From: Eledone cirrhosa
Lineage: Eukaryota
Direction of reading: 5' to 3'
DNA: 64,000 bases
NCBI GenBank assembly: GCA_964016885.1
Contig: OZ024742.1
Coordinates: forward strand, 68,386,001-68,450,000
Part shown: one piece after another, positions 1 to 13,588 of the stretch
How the letters are laid out: each line of letters starts with the position of its first letter
Position numbering within the stretch: the stretch's first letter is position 1
Program-made: the position numbers and the translations under genes
Notes under the pieces: model-generated
Told to the model about the DNA's origin: nothing
Seen by the model: only the letters and a program-made list of their open reading frames with translations
The model's database searches: none

Positions 1-370
1 ATATCTATACGTATGAGTATGTATGAGTGTTTCATGGTAGATATAGAGATATATAGTTGAACAGCTATAGACATATACCGAGAGATAGATACAGTGGGTC
101 TATATATCGATAAATATGTAGATATATAGGCTGAGAGATAAGTAGAGAGATATAAACGTAATTCAGTGAGCCATATTTGAAATATTCTGTAATCTGGTAT
201 GATTCTATAAATGAAGCATATTGACGTATGCCTGTCGATTTAATCGACAATATACTTCCCAAAATTTAATTTTTAAAAAAAGGGATTCTTCGAAATCTAA
301 TATTAGGAGTTCTCTATTAGCTACATATAAATTGTTGTTATGTCACTTGTGGAGACGTCAGCGCGACATA

Positions 371-587
371 TAATGATTTCTACTTTAGGCACAAGGCACA
401 GCAATTTTTTGGTGGAGGGGAAGTAGATTAAATCGATCCCAGTGCATTACTGGTGCTTTATTTTATCGACGCCGTAAGGATAAAAGACATAGCTAACCTC
501 GGCGGGATTTGAACTCAGATCGTAAAGGGGCGTAACTCTATGCTGCAAAGCATGGTGTCCGACGCTCTACCGATACTACCAATCCAC
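371..587 (-). mobile_element. tRNA-derived SINE, near full length
   Basis: Minus strand has A-box-like TGGTAGTATCGG, B-box GAGTTCAAATCCC, a central ...GTCGATAAAATAAAG.ACCAGT... domain and a TTGTGCCTAAAGTAGAAA-(ATT) end. Homologous copies at 18424 and 36721. Confidence 0.85.
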
Positions 588-667
588 TCTGGGCATTTGC
601 TCTTTTGGTGAGTAGGTTCTATGATTCGTCAACGGCATGGTGGTTCTATACAATTTACACTTTGCAT

Positions 668-719
668 TAATGTACTGGGTAATTGCTGGCCTTGTGCCAA
701 TAGTAGAAACAATTATTTT
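668..719 (+). mobile_element. SINE 3' fragment
   Basis: TAATGTACTGGGTAATTGCTGGCCTTGTGCCAATAGTAGAAACAATTATTT matches the SINE tail at 41308-41360. Confidence 0.7.
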
Positions 720-799
720 CGCGTTATGGATTTTAATGGCACCAGACAATTTATTCATCTAGCTATAGCTCACATTGATGTTATGTTATGGAACACCTG

Positions 800-1040
800 A
801 CGGAATATTTACCAACAGTATAGACCCAAGGCATGTCTAACTTAATAGCACCACCAGGCGAAGTCTTTCAAATTATAATTTGAACACCACAACCCACTCA
901 AGCACAGAGTTTTTGTTTTCGGAGATATATCCAAATGTAGGTTTATCTTGGAGGAATTTGTCCAAAGACTTTATGAATTTTATGGGGTCTGTTTCTGTTT
1001 TAATGTTTTGGTGTAATGTTAAAGAGAGCAGGGCCAATTG
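800..1040 (-). mobile_element. CR1-group LINE 3' end fragment (ORF2 C-terminus plus 3' UTR)
   Basis: Minus-strand translation GPALFN.../[26 protein letters not shown]...NSVLEW resembles CR1-like ORF2 C-termini (F..LDKFL...P..GY...NS). Confidence 0.55.
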
Positions 1041-1052
1041 TGTGCGTGTGTG

Positions 1053-1178
<126 letters not shown>

Positions 1179-2270
1179 TTGGGTTGGCAAGAAAGTAATT
1201 TCGTTTTTACGATTTTTTTAATTACTTTTGTCAATGTTATGATTTTTTTCCTTTTAACATTTGATAGCCGTTACTTTTAGCTAACTTTAGAAGCAAATTG
1301 TGCGTAATTTTGTTTGCAGCTGTTAGTCCAGTTTCAATTTTAACATGGAGTGCAAAAATAAACATTTTCGCTATATTTTGCTTTTTTATTTCCGTAAAGG
1401 CAAGAAAGCTGCTGAGGTTCACAAAGAGATATGTGAAGTTTATGGTGTTGGCTGCTTAACAGAACGCATTTGTCAGAAATGGTTTTTAAAATTCCGTTCT
1501 GCAGAGTTTTCACTCAAAGATGACCAACGCTCTGGTCGACCTTCTGAATTTGATGATGACAGAATCAAAACCATAATTGAATCTGATTGTCATATAAGTG
1601 TGCGAGAGATTGCAGAGGTTAAATGTATCATACGCAACAATTGAAAATCACTTAAAATGTCTCGGACTCGTTAAGAAGTTCGATATTTGTGTTCCACATA
1701 AATTGAAAGAGATTCACTTAACACAACGAATCAATATTTGCGATATGCATCTCAAACGAAATGAAATCGACCTTTTTTTAACGAATCATCACTGGTGATG
1801 AAAAAATGGATTGTCTACAATAAAATCAATCGAAAAGGTCATGGTCGAAGCGTAATGAACCAGCACAAACCACATGGAAAGCTGAATTGCATCAAAAACA
1901 GGCTATGCTGTCAATTTGATGGGATTACAAAGGTGTTGTGTATTTTGAGCTGCTTTCAAGGAACTAAATGATTAGTTCAGATGTTTACTGTCAACAATTA
2001 ATGAAACTAAAGGAAACAATCGGAAAAACTAGAGGAAAAACGGCCAGAATTGCCAAATCTTAAAAGAATCGTGTTCCACCATGACAACGCTAGACCACAC
2101 ACGTATTTGCTAACTCGTGAAATCTTATTGGAGCTTGGTTGGAAAGTGATGTCACTTCCACCATATAGCCCTGACCTTAAACCATCATATTACCATTTAT
2201 TTAGAAGTTTGCAAAATTCTTTGAATGGTAAAACCTTCAATAAGGATGATGAACTGAAATGGCACTTGCT
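1179..2270 (+). mobile_element. Mariner (DD34D) DNA transposon, decayed, 3' end missing
   Basis: TA then left TIR TTGGGTTGGCAAGAAAGTAATT. Transposase pieces: HFRYILLFYFRKG HTH, CVPHKL (WVPHEL motif), ITGDEK, HDNARPH, YSPDLKPSYYHLF. Several frameshifts and stops; no right TIR found. Confidence 0.92.
1345..2270 (+). pseudogene. Mariner transposase pseudogene
   Basis: ORF-track pieces 1345-1644, 1598-1798 and 2050-2328 join across frameshifts; the third catalytic Asp position reads Y. Confidence 0.9.
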
Positions 2271-2461
2271 TTCGATCATGGAATACCACAAGCTTACGTC
2301 TTACGTAAGTTGGATGGATGATTCATAGAAACATATCGGACGTATTGCAGAATATCGTCCGATCTGTCCAGGTCTGTTGTTTTAACCTATTAGTTCTTTC
2401 GTTGTTTTTGGTATTGTATGGTTGGGTTTTGCAATTTTCAATTTATCAAGCTATTTAAACG

Positions 2462-2551
<90 letters not shown>

Positions 2552-2687
2552 TCAACCTTGGCAGATGTTAACTCTGAGCGCAGGTAACCGGATCAAATAA
2601 AACACCTTAAAGACTCTGCAGATTCTCCGCTCTCTCCCTCTCTCTTTCTTTCTCACACACACACTCACACACTCACTCAGTGTCTCC

Positions 2688-2723
<36 letters not shown>

Positions 2724-2750
2724 TACACACACACGCACACATATATATTT

Positions 2751-2900
2751 AACCCTCCCTCAGCTACCAGCCTTATCATCTACACTCCATGGACCTCTAC
2801 TATCTACTTCCTCCCCAAATTACACAAGCCCGACAACCCCAGCCGCGCGTGTAATTGCCCCACTGAACTTTTTTTCCTCCTTTCTTGATTCTATATTCTG
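2751..2900 (+). mobile_element. Penelope-like element RT fragment
   Basis: Translates IYFLPKLHKPDNPSR-ACNCPTEL(fs)SSFLDSI, matching the PLE RT motif Y.LPK.HK....RP...C.CPTE..S.FLD.I with a short internal deletion. Confidence 0.75.
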
Positions 2901-3024
2901 CAAGACGGCTCTGTCACATCATGGTGTGGAGAAACGATAGGCGGTCAGATTATTTTGTTCTATAACTAGTACGTTCGATATTTTTTCACAATAGAAAGGT
3001 ATGATAAGTACTCAGACAACAGAA

Positions 3025-3130
3025 TAACAGTCTTGCTCAACAACACAACGTGCCGCCTGGTGTAGGCAGGAATTGAACTCATGAACTCACGATCGTGAGC
3101 CAACAACTAAATCACTAAGTCACATGCCAC
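3025..3130 (-). mobile_element. Degenerate tRNA/CORE-type SINE remnant
   Basis: Minus strand GGCATGTGACTTAGTGATT...GAGTTCAATTCC...GTTGTGTTGTTGAGCAAGAC, similar to the copy at 33595. Confidence 0.55.
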
Positions 3131-3862
3131 CATAAAATATATATGCGTATGTGTGTATGTGTGTGCGTGTGTGCATGTGTTTGTGGTTGTGCGTGTATGT
3201 GTGCGTGTATGTGTGAGCGCGTATATGTGTGTACGTATGAGTATGTATGTGCGCGTATGACTATATGTGTGAGTGTGAGAATATGAGTTTGTGCTAATAT
3301 ATATATATATATATCGTCTACTATATGAGTAATATTTGAGTAAAATATTTGATACATTTATATATGCTTGATTCTCCGTAAATCTGCATTAGCAAGAGCA
3401 ATATGAAGAAGAAGAAACAAAGAAACAAACAAATTAAAGTAATTTATCATGGTGCTTCAACTAAATATTGAGAATCATCCCTTGTGACATCAACAAATAC
3501 ATCAACATTATTGTAACATTATTGTTGAAACATTGAAAGAAAATATCACTTGTGTCTAATTCTATTTACTTAACAAATTTACAATAAAAATCAAAACCTA
3601 TTGGTTTATAAAATTAACAGCAATATGGTTCATTGAAAATTTAGGTAGAAGATGGGAAGCTATCAAAATCTATTTATTGTAGAGTGAAAAATAGTTTGAA
3701 TGTCGTCTTGTTGGAGACGTCCATATAAACAATAAGGCAGAAAATTGAGATTTATGCTTCGCTGCTGATGTTGAAGACAATTTCCTTTCGATGCCATAGA
3801 TTCCTCTTACGTATCACTGATCAACACATATATCTTTCGGGTATGATTATATGTCTAACGTC

Positions 3863-3922
<60 letters not shown>

Positions 3923-4107
3923 TGGGTCACGTATAGAATTTGTAGAAGTGTGTTGTTTTTCTACAAATTTCTACAAATTTCATACATGACGCAATATATT
4001 CATACGTATAGCCAGATAAGAACGATATGTGGGTTGTACGTTACTACATATGAGGAATATATTATATGTATGTATGTATGTATGTATGCATGTATGTATG
4101 TATGTAT

Positions 4108-4410
4108 GTTAAGAGAGTGGGACTGGCTTTGTGCAGTGCCTTTGCTCACTATAAAAGCTTCACGGCAGAGGCATTGCTTTACATCTGGAGATCTCTCTGC
4201 ACTTGTCGTCACATGGTACCATGGGCCCAGCACTATGTGTCAATAAGTGTCACAAGTGTAGTGTTTGTACCAGAGTTTTCAAGTCGCTGGCTGGACTAAA
4301 AAGTCACACTCGTTCAGCCCATCGGTAGGGGTTATCCTACATGGATATAAAGTAGTGGCCGTACTCGAAAACGAGTTGGCAGCCACCATGTATGTATGTA
4401 TGTATGTATG
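4108..4410 (+). mobile_element. RTE-derived non-autonomous element, 5'-truncated, with (ATGT)n tail
   Basis: Encodes an RTE-type terminal zinc-finger remnant [23 protein letters not shown]; ends CAGCCACC(ATGT)n; (ATGT)n also lies on the 5' side. Near-identical copies at 12837, 57952 and 58924. Confidence 0.8.
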
Positions 4411-4731
4411 TGTGTTTGTTTTAGGAGAAATATTGACCATAATTCTTCCTTATAGTCATATTAAATGTTTGGATATACTTCCTTCCCGAGTCTCAGTCAC
4501 GTTTTCGCGCTCGACAAGAAACCAATAACATATTTTCAGCTTGTCAGTTACAAGAAACTGTGTCAATGCCGTTTATTCAGTGTTTCATGTTGCCTTATAT
4601 ACAATTCTCAGAAATGTTGATTGTCCTCATAAATTTACAAATATTACTAAAACCTGATATGATGATATGAGAATGTATATCATATTGATATATATATGTA
4701 TGTATGGATATATATATATGTGTGTGCGTGT

Positions 4732-4836
<105 letters not shown>

Positions 4837-5728
4837 TATATATAGTCAGTTGGTGGTTCTTGTTTAAGTAAACAATGCTTATATGCGAATTGGAGATTCA
4901 ACGTTAAAGAATGTGGATTAACACTGACATCTGTTTGTTATTGACGTAATATTAAAGAACAGATCGAAGTTTCGGTTCATCATATTTTATTCGTAATAAC
5001 ATGTAACACGTGTTACGCAAATGACCAGTTTTGAGCCTCAATTGGTTACAATCAGCTCGACAGTAGGATCGATTTTCTCATCAAACGCAATGGAGATTAA
5101 ATTTGGACTCTATTGCGTCTAGCGCCCAAATTGATAATACATTCGGCTGTAATCGATTTGTAACCGATTATGGCTCAGAGTTGATCATTTGCGAAACACG
5201 TTAAGCATGATTATAAATATGTTTAATGTTTTCTTTCATTGAGCAAAACTTGTGAAGGATGGACACCACATATATACATATTTCCTAACTCGCACTTTGG
5301 TTGAGTAAAAATTAGGCAGAAACAGACTGCTTTTTCTAACAAACCTGTTATTCGCCAAATGTCTACCTTTGCTAACCACTGGCGATCGTTATACCACGTG
5401 ATAATTCTCTTTCTCGAGAATAATTTTTCGCTGGTAGCGATCAATTCAGGAAATAGTCCTTTCACTGAGGGTTTATCTTGACAAGCCGATAATCTCACGG
5501 CTGGAGTGCACTTTAGTTGCACTTTGGGTTTTTGAAGAAAAATAGGTATATTTTTTGTCTATTTGCGCTGCACACATATTATCGTTTTATATATATATAT
5601 ATATATGGGGGTCTATTTGTGTGTGGGTGTTTGTACTATGAAGAAATCCAAGTTCTTAAGTTAAAATTCCAACCCCAAAAATCTTAGTCCCGTTTTAATC
5701 ACAAAATTTTTCACTACATAGTTTTTTC

Positions 5729-6460
5729 CTTTTTTTTTTTTAGTTAAGATTTATTGCGCACAATAGACCTTCAACCAGTTCCAAATAAAAAAGAACACAC
5801 ACACGCGCACACACACACACGCACACACGCGCACACACACACACGCACACACACACACACACGCGCACACATTTGCTCTGATATTGACTTACAAATTACA
5901 GACTCCATAAACAACCACATAACTCTTCACAGTAATAAATAATAACCGCATCTATCAATAACTATTAAACAAAAAAACTGCATCACAACTGAAACATATA
6001 TGAACTTCACAAAAACTGCATCACAACTGAAACATATATGAACTTTACAAAAACCACATCACAACTGAAATATATATGAACTTCACAAAAACCACATCAC
6101 AACTGAAATATATATGAACTTTACAAAAACCACATCACAACTGAAACATATATGAACTTCACAAAAAGCCTTCATAGCATTAGAACAGCCATTCGTCGAA
6201 GTTCTGATATCACTGCCACATTTTTCTCGTGTCTTTTGTGGTTATGAAAACAGAAAAGGAAGGGAAAGGCAAGGGGTCTAGGTTCATAGAAGAATGGGAG
6301 AAGGAGGGGTGTGTAATGGGCTTTAGGCCTAGGGCGCGGCGGTACTGGAGCTGCACCCCGCGGACAACACCGTAAAAGCATTACCGCGGACAACGACCAG
6401 CGACATCCGCTGCAACAGCCACCCCACCTCGTGGGACTCCCTCCTCAGACATGCTGCTGA
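5729..6460 (-). mobile_element. Unclassified poly(A) retroelement 3' portion
   Basis: On the minus strand a GC-rich core (6245-6455) homologous to 40400-40612 is followed downstream by AATAAA and an A-run (5729-5755). Confidence 0.45.
5972..6166. repeat. 38-bp minisatellite, about 5 copies
   Basis: Unit AAAAACTGCATCACAACTGAAACATATATGAACTTCAC; period 38 checked between 5981 and 6019. Confidence 0.92.
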
Positions 6461-6827
6461 TGTTTTAAATGGTACACTTTGCTCACAATTATTGAGTACT
6501 CAATCAGTTAACGTTTGAACGTTTTATATACACAAGTACTTAAAGATACCAATTTCAGTATACAGTGTGGGGCGTGGGATATGGGAATGTACGTGTTACT
6601 ATATATGTGTGAAAATGTTTAGGTGTGTATCGGTGTGTTTATACTCAACATCGTCATCACACCAGTCGCTAATTTTATATGCTATGTTAATCGCCATCCT
6701 CCTTAACGGCTGTGAGTGTAAAATTATCTCATTACTCATTCAACTAATATTGATGCGAAAGACAGTAGTAGTAGTAGTAGTAGTAGTATCTATAAAATAT
6801 ATTAACGTAATAAGTATGCTTATTGAT

Positions 6828-7140
6828 CAGGGGTGGCGAACCTATAAAAACACATTTTATTGGTAAGTGGAAGGCATAATTTTTTCTTAATGATTTTATG
6901 TAAAACGTAAATAACCTTTAATTCATCAGCTGTCGCCCGAGGAGTGGATACGTCTGTTCATTGAAACACTGGTTCAAAGAAAACGAAAGCGAAATTTTTT
7001 AAATGTTCGTTAGTATCAAGTGACCATCTGTTCAAAGCATCAATAAATATATAACTTTGTTCCGTGAGTTTACTGGTATTGCTAGTATTTAGTACTCTGT
7101 CATCAAAGAAAGCTCTGAGATGTATCTTATTAATTAGTCA
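6828..7140 (+). mobile_element. Possible hAT transposon left-end remnant
   Basis: CAGGGGTGGCGAACC at 6828 is a typical hAT TIR start; no partner TIR found, so the extent is a guess. Confidence 0.3.
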
Positions 7141-7321
7141 AACCTATATTTTCCAGTGCGGGTTTGGGGGACTTTGATTCGGTGGTAGTCTCTTTGAAGT
7201 CGTATTTTCTTATTTATGAAGTTATTAAAATAGGAACTTTATAAAGCTATAAGGAAATATTTCATATTTATAAACCATGTAAAGGCATTCTTCATATTTT
7301 TGTATTTTGTTTTAACATATA

Positions 7322-8243
7322 CTAGCAGTAAAGCCCGGCGTTGCTCGGGGTCGGTCGCTCAGTAGCTGTGTTAAAGTTACAATGTTAAGTTTATTTTTTG
7401 GCTTAAAAACTGTAGTGTCTACTGTGCAGACTTGCATGTGGTGTTTTTGATTAATATTCCCTCAAACAACAATATGCCTTATGAAGTTAAGAAAACATAA
7501 CGATAACCCGAATGTTATAACAAAAGAGGATGCTGGGGATAAAAACTGCACTGGTTATTTATTAACAAAGATCGAAAATGTAAACACTGCAACGCAGAGA
7601 AAAACATTAGCGTAACCAAATTATCAGTTATGTCTGTCTGCACGCCTATATCACCTCTCTGCACGACTGTCTGTCTGCACGCCTATATCACCTCTCTGCA
7701 CGACTGTCTGTCTGCACGCCTATATCACCTCTCTGCACGACTATCTGTCTGCACGCGTATATCATCTCTCTGCACGACTGTCTGTCTGCACGACTGTCTG
7801 TCTGCACGCCTAACGACGAAATATTTGCTTGTTTTACGTAGTCTTTAAATAGACTTGTTTTCAAGTAAAAATATTGTTTTAAAATGCTTTTAAATGGAAA
7901 TGAAGCAAAACGGAAGCTTAGTGTTCGAACTGATGAATTTTGCAGGTCATTATTTTGCTGGCTCGACAACTGTTAAAGCCAGCGTAATTTTTTACGTAAG
8001 ACGCTCAATGTAAACAGAACAAAGGGAAATAACTGATAACTTACGCTCAAAAATCGATACATTATATTCGATTTCGTCACATAGGGCGGGTCAATTTGAA
8101 ATTTTTTTTTTCCGATGTCTTCGCTAGGGCTCAATGTACAAGTATAGCAATTTCGGTGCAATTCCGTGAGAGATTCTAAGAGGAGATGTGTGCCAAAAAT
8201 CGATAGACAGACAGACAACCACAGTTTTATATATATAGATAGA
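7322..8243 (-). mobile_element. Non-autonomous Helitron
   Basis: Minus strand starts A|TCTATCTATATATATAAAA followed by (CTGT)n and ends with hairpin CCCGAGCAACGCCGGG plus CTAG|T. A|T insertion site, no TSD. Confidence 0.8.
7631..7810. repeat. 37-bp minisatellite inside the Helitron, about 4 copies plus partial units
   Basis: Unit TGTCTGTCTGCACGCCTATATCACCTCTCTGCACGAC. Confidence 0.9.
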
Positions 8244-8392
8244 TGCACTGCCATAACTACGATTTTCATAATGGACTCGGCTGATAGGTGTTCGACATAT
8301 ACCCACAAGTCAGCAATTCTCGGACAGTCGACGAAATTGTGCAGGACAGTTTCGTCACTCTACGCACATCCCGGATAGGCAGTGCTGATTAA

Positions 8393-8720
8393 GTTAGTTA
8401 AGGCCTCCTTCGGTCAAGGCTGACCATGAGTAGTATCCTGTTGTCAGCTCAGCTGGAGAAGCGTCTCTGGTAGCTAAACAGACATATACTTGACTGACAG
8501 TCTCTGTCACATTGAATACATCTGTATATGGTCTCTGGTCTGCTGGATTTATTGCTCTCCTTTCGCCAGGCTCTCCTGTTCGCTGCTGCAGTCATCAAAC
8601 TCTCCTCCCCTGGATTAAGGTGTTGATTCAGGGTGTTTTTCCATCTTGGCCAAGCTGATAACACTTCCATATCTGTAGAGTTTATCTCGAATTGGTAATG
8701 CAGACCGTAGCGCTGCCAAA
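8393..8720 (-). mobile_element. RTE-clade LINE 3' fragment
   Basis: C-terminus YRCIQCDRDCQSSICLFSYQRR (RTE-type CxxC..C.S.I.L.SH.R finger), short 3' UTR and (TAAC)-like tail. Confidence 0.75.
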
Positions 8721-8754
8721 TCAAGGATTTCTATAAATTATTCGTAGCCCCTAG

Positions 8755-9045
8755 ACAAAAAGTCCTCCAGAAAAGAGTGGCTAGATGATTTTCGTCGACA
8801 CCCTGTCTCCGCAAGAACGTCACCGCTTTTAACCGCCACTAACCCTCTATAGAACGCCAAGGTAGTGTTTCCACCGATCGTACTGTCTGATTGACAGAGG
8901 ATTGTGAATATTTGAAGATATTCTAGTTTCTAAGCGCTCCCCCTCGGCCTTCGCTTGATCCATGACTGCAGCTCCGTTAAGGAGACGAGCTGGGGAGAAA
9001 CGCATCTAGCGAACGATGAACACACCTGTTCACCGCCAAGGAAAA
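8755..9045 (-). mobile_element. Old diverged Tx1-family ORF2 fragment
   Basis: Shares blocks with the post-RT region of elements B and D (CCCTCTATAGAA; GACTGCAGCTC.GT.A.G.GACGAGCTG). Confidence 0.65.
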
Positions 9046-9179
9046 GCTAAATAATAATATTAATAATGGAGTAAAGTAATTAGTTTAATATATGGGTTAT
9101 TGCGGCGAAAAGAGCAACAGTAGTTGGAAAGACACTGCACATCCATTTTGAATGACACGTGTCTGAGTTAATGACTAAA

Positions 9180-9745
9180 TGGTCTTGGGATTGGATAGGG
9201 AGACTGAAGGACTGCTGATATTAGCCCAAGACCAAGGGGTGTATCATCTTGATGAAAGTGTGAAAAGCACCTGTTTGGAATTAATACTGAAAGTGCCATC
9301 CATGCAGTGAGCACGTGCAAAAGTCTAGCACACAAAAACAAATAAAAGGAACCTTCACTGGTCAATGTGTCCGATGAGTGATTTCAACATGTCTGAGAAA
9401 GTGTCAATGATAACAGAGACAAACACAAGTTACTTGGAGACTTCCCTGTTCAAATGGACTACAGGGTTGAACAGAAAATACCTGATATTGTAATTTTACA
9501 CAGGAGTAATTTAAACCAGATTACTGAGACCAAAACATAGCATTGAAAAGTTTTTTGTTTTGTTTTTTTTTGCTGTTTCGTCAGAAAGAAATGCTCATTT
9601 ACTGGGTCTCCAATGTAATGAGAGAGAAGGGGTATCCTCAAACCAAAGATCTAGCTAGAATACTTAAAACAGATTAGACTCTATTAAATGCACCCAAAGT
9701 GTCATGTGGTGGTGCTAAACCGGGAGAACTATTAAGAACTGCCCC
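9180..9745 (+). mobile_element. Highly decayed R4-clade (RLE) retrotransposon fragment
   Basis: ETEGLLILAQDQ (about 9200), ESAIHAVSTCKSLA and a PDIVI remnant correspond to R4/Dong C-terminal motifs. Confidence 0.55.
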
Positions 9746-12039
9746 CGTTTGGCTGTGGAGTTGTAAGCTTTGGTTAAACAAGGATAACAGCAGCTATATA
9801 ATAAATACGAATTCCTAGATAGCTGTTCATGATAGACAGCAATTGTAATATGAAAATATCGAAATATCAAACCGAGACGACATTTAACGTGCTGATTTAT
9901 AATTGATCTTTCTTGCTATATAATATTTCTTTAAGTCTTCTGAATATTGTTTTAGTATTTACATCATTTGGTCTGTGTCCAGTCGAGGCAGCTATCAGCT
10001 ATCACTTTACACAGAGAAAATAGATCACCATTACTTGGAGCTTCAATTACAATAGTTGTTGTTTGTGGTGAGGGAGGTATTGGGGGTAACGATAGTGGAT
10101 GCGGCAGTAATGGCGGGTTGGTGATGGTGGTAGTGGTGATGATGGTCGTGGTGATGGTGGTCCTCGTCGTCATCGTCGTCGTGAGGGTACTTCTGATGGT
10201 GGCGTCAACGGCAGTTGTGGCTGCAATGGTGGTGATGATGGTGGGAGTGCTAATGATGGTCGTGCTACAGGTGGTGGTGTTGGTAGTGGCGATGCTGGAG
10301 GTATATCTATTTTAAGTAAGTTTACTCGCTCACTATTAGTCTCAGACCAGTTAAAGAAGTTATTTTCATTGCGTTATTTTCTTTCAGTAATGATCATAGT
10401 TCTATTTATTTCTTTATTGTATTGAAAGTACCTTATAGTATATATGTGCTGAGCCACGTAGCAATATTTTCTCTATGTTGTGTTATTTAACCTAATCAGA
10501 AAATCTAATGGTACGAGCTTTTCCTTTCGAATAAAAAAAAAACTTTAATCGCTTTTGCAAGTCATGACCAAGACGCTGTCGTGGATCCTCAACTACTTGT
10601 CACAGACAAGAAGTTAAGACGGTTGTGAGTTGTGTTCTTTGCTGTCGCTGGTCGATAGAAGCTTATAATTCAAAGCAAACTTTCGCCTTCAATGTTGCCA
10701 CGTCCTATAGTTTCTTTTAGAGATTTCTTCCTTGTTTGTTGACTCTAACGAGAGTCTGTACCAAAGGACAATGGTTTAGCTATGGAAGTATTATATACCA
10801 GAACACTCTACGTAATATGTATGCATTGCCTAATACAACCATATTCGGTATGTTGTGTATGTCTGAAAAAGTAGTCTAGCTAATATGTAGACAATGTTTA
10901 TTAGTGTAATATTTTTGGGTATGCTGTGTACATATAGTCAGTGTAGGCCAATGTAAGGAATATGCAATTTTAGCCTGACAGTGAAAATTAAACAAATTGG
11001 TTACATCTAAGTTTGTATATCCCTGTGGTTAGGAAATGTCTAATTAATCTGACTAATTTGTAATCTTATACGTTCAAAGGAAACGGAATACCTAACTTCT
11101 GTCCACGGGGAAATTAGTATTTGTTATAGTGTATACAAACACAGGACTAAGCAAAACTGCTCAGTTTAATTTGCATAACAGTGCATGCGCTGACAACTGG
11201 TGTTATTTAATTAATTCACAGCGTATTTTGGACAAAATTAAAAATATGTAGTATATCTTTTTCATTCAATTTTAGCCTCACTGAGAAAAATAACCAGTGG
11301 CAAACTAATTTTTAAAGCTACGAGAACAGAAAAGTGGGACCAATCTGATTAATTACTCGTTTTCTTTAATCTATATTGGATAAAAGAAAATACCTATACC
11401 TTATCCCCCACCCACCCTCAAAAAACGTAAATTTGTTAGATATGTATTTATCTACATATTTTAACCATTCCCAATAATCAATCATTTTGGAGAGTTTCTG
11501 TTTCCAAACCTTGCATTTTGATCGTGTATATTTTCAGCACTATATTTGGAAAGTTTCTCCATATCATTAAGTGATATGCTACCTTCTGAGATACCGATTA
11601 AGAGAAATATCCCCGGTGGTCGATAATAGTATACTTTAACCGTTCCGTTACCATTCTTCTAATGAAAAACACTGCCTATGATTTTTCCATAACTTTGAAA
11701 ATAATCCTGAATTTTTCAGTATTAAACTAATGTTTGGCGCATGTCTTAAAAAAGTTTCTTACATAAAATTACGACAGAAGGTTTGGGGAAAATATATATA
11801 TATAAACACTTTAAAATAAGCAGTTTTGCTTCATAGAATCGGGGAAGATACCAGGTGGTTTGTTAGCAAAATAATTCATTTTCCTGTCTTTGTGGAATAG
11901 TCTCGTTTCCATGATATATGTTCGTACGATCCCTTACGTGGGTTGGTTTTTCTGATATCCCTAACTCATAACTGATATCACTAATTTCCGATATATGAAA
12001 GTTCCAACTCAGAAATAATGTTTTGTAATTTACGTACAC

Positions 12040-12235
12040 GGCCAACAATTTTAAGTGGGGGGAGAAAGTCAATTAAATCGATCAAGTACCTAACTGGAAC
12101 TTTGTTTTCTGAACCCCGGCAGGATAAAATGCGAAGTCGACCACAATGGTGTTTGAACTCAAAACATAAAGAGAGAGAATAAATGCCGCAAAGCATTTTG
12201 TTCAACGTTCTAACGGTGCTATCAATACATTGAAT
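12040..12235 (-). mobile_element. Degenerate tRNA-derived SINE
   Basis: Contains a B-box (TTTGAACTC on +) and remnants of the central domain shared with the SINE at 371. Confidence 0.6.
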
Positions 12236-12836
12236 GTTCTTCACTCCCTCTGACATGATATCACTTCATCACCTTCACTACTACCGTAACCCCTACAACA
12301 CCCACCACTATATCATAACCATATCTACATCACCCAAACCACCACTACCAACACCTTCACAATAAACAGCATCACAAACACCATTATCATCAGCACAAAC
12401 TCTACCACCTCCACAACTACTTCTACCGTCGTACCGTCGACCACATTCACCACTGCCACTACTACTCTCTTTACCATCATCACTACCACCATCAGTACTA
12501 TCATCCTCATTACTGCCATTAACCCCACCAACACCATACTACCACTAACACTATAACTACAACTAGTACTATCTCTAAACATACTACTACTACTATCACT
12601 ATGACGACCACGAGTATCTCGTCACATAACCTTGAGTTTTCTCTCGTAAATTTATTCCACATGACAGTTACGACGTCAGTAAAATAAGGATGACACTTCC
12701 CCCAACATATATACATACACATATATGATGCATAAACATAGATTACTTACATACATAACTACATACATACATACATACATACATACATACATACATACAT
12801 ACATACATACATACATACATACATACATACATACAT

Positions 12837-13094
12837 GGTGGCTGCCAACTCGTTTTCGAGTACGGCCACTACTTTATATCCATGTAGGAGAACCCCTACC
12901 GATGCGCTGAACGAGTGTGACTTTTTAGTCCAGCCTGCGACTTGAAAACTCTGGTACAATCACTACACTTGTGACAATTATTGACACATAGTGCTAGGCC
13001 CATGGTACCATGTGATGACAAGTGCAGAGAGATCTCCAGAGATAAAGCAATGCCTGTGCCGTGAAGCTTTTATAGTGAGCAAAGGCACTGCACA
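12837..13094 (-). mobile_element. RTE-derived non-autonomous element, 5'-truncated, in (CATA)n
   Basis: Reverse complement of the 4108 copy; (CATA)n on both sides (12758-12836, 13093-13160). Confidence 0.85.
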
Positions 13095-13538
13095 TACATA
13101 CATACATACATACATACATACATACATACATACATACATACATACATACATACATACATAATTACATATATTACATAATTACATAATTACATACATGCAT
13201 ACACATGCACGCACATTGACACATAAACACACACAAAACATCATGAATGAATTAATCTATGAATGAATGAGTTACCGTGTGTTGGGCGTGTGTAAGCTTG
13301 TATGTGTATATTTGTGTGTGTACGTCTGTGTAAAAGTGTGTGTTGTACTATCACTATGATATTGATGAAACCTTTTTCTTGAATGTCTATTACGATGAAG
13401 AAGCCATAGTTTCGTACAGAGCTCGGAGTGATAGAGAAAGAACAACAAAAAGAGCAAAGATATACGGTGTGGGAGGGAATGAATAAAAATGAGATAGAAA
13501 TAGAGGGGGAAGAACTGATAAGCTGCAGTTATTTTCAG

Positions 13539-13588
13539 AATTATTGTCGTCATTTGTTACGTAAAGACTTCCTGTCGTCAATGGTTAA
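13539..13588 (+). CDS. Tentative host-gene exon (NYCRHLLRKDFLSSMV)
   Basis: TTTTCAG acceptor and AA|GTAATC donor; phase 2 joins in frame to the 17334 exon. Weak, could be chance. Confidence 0.22.

Noticed and set aside
371-587. tRNA genes at A/B-box motifs
   Set aside because: The boxes belong to SINE heads followed by SINE body and tail; no complete cloverleaf.
5003-5016. Perfect 14-bp palindrome GTAACACGTGTTAC with an E-box core
   Set aside because: A single short palindrome can arise by chance in 64 kb; no supporting context.
5972-6166. 38-bp repeats resembling a CRISPR array in unit size (also the 37-bp repeats at 7631-7810)
   Set aside because: The units are contiguous with no unique spacers, there are no cas genes, and the context is eukaryotic; these are minisatellites.
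11636-11870. piggyBac-like end TTAACCGTTCCGTTACC
   Set aside because: No matching right TIR or transposase found; too degenerate to call.
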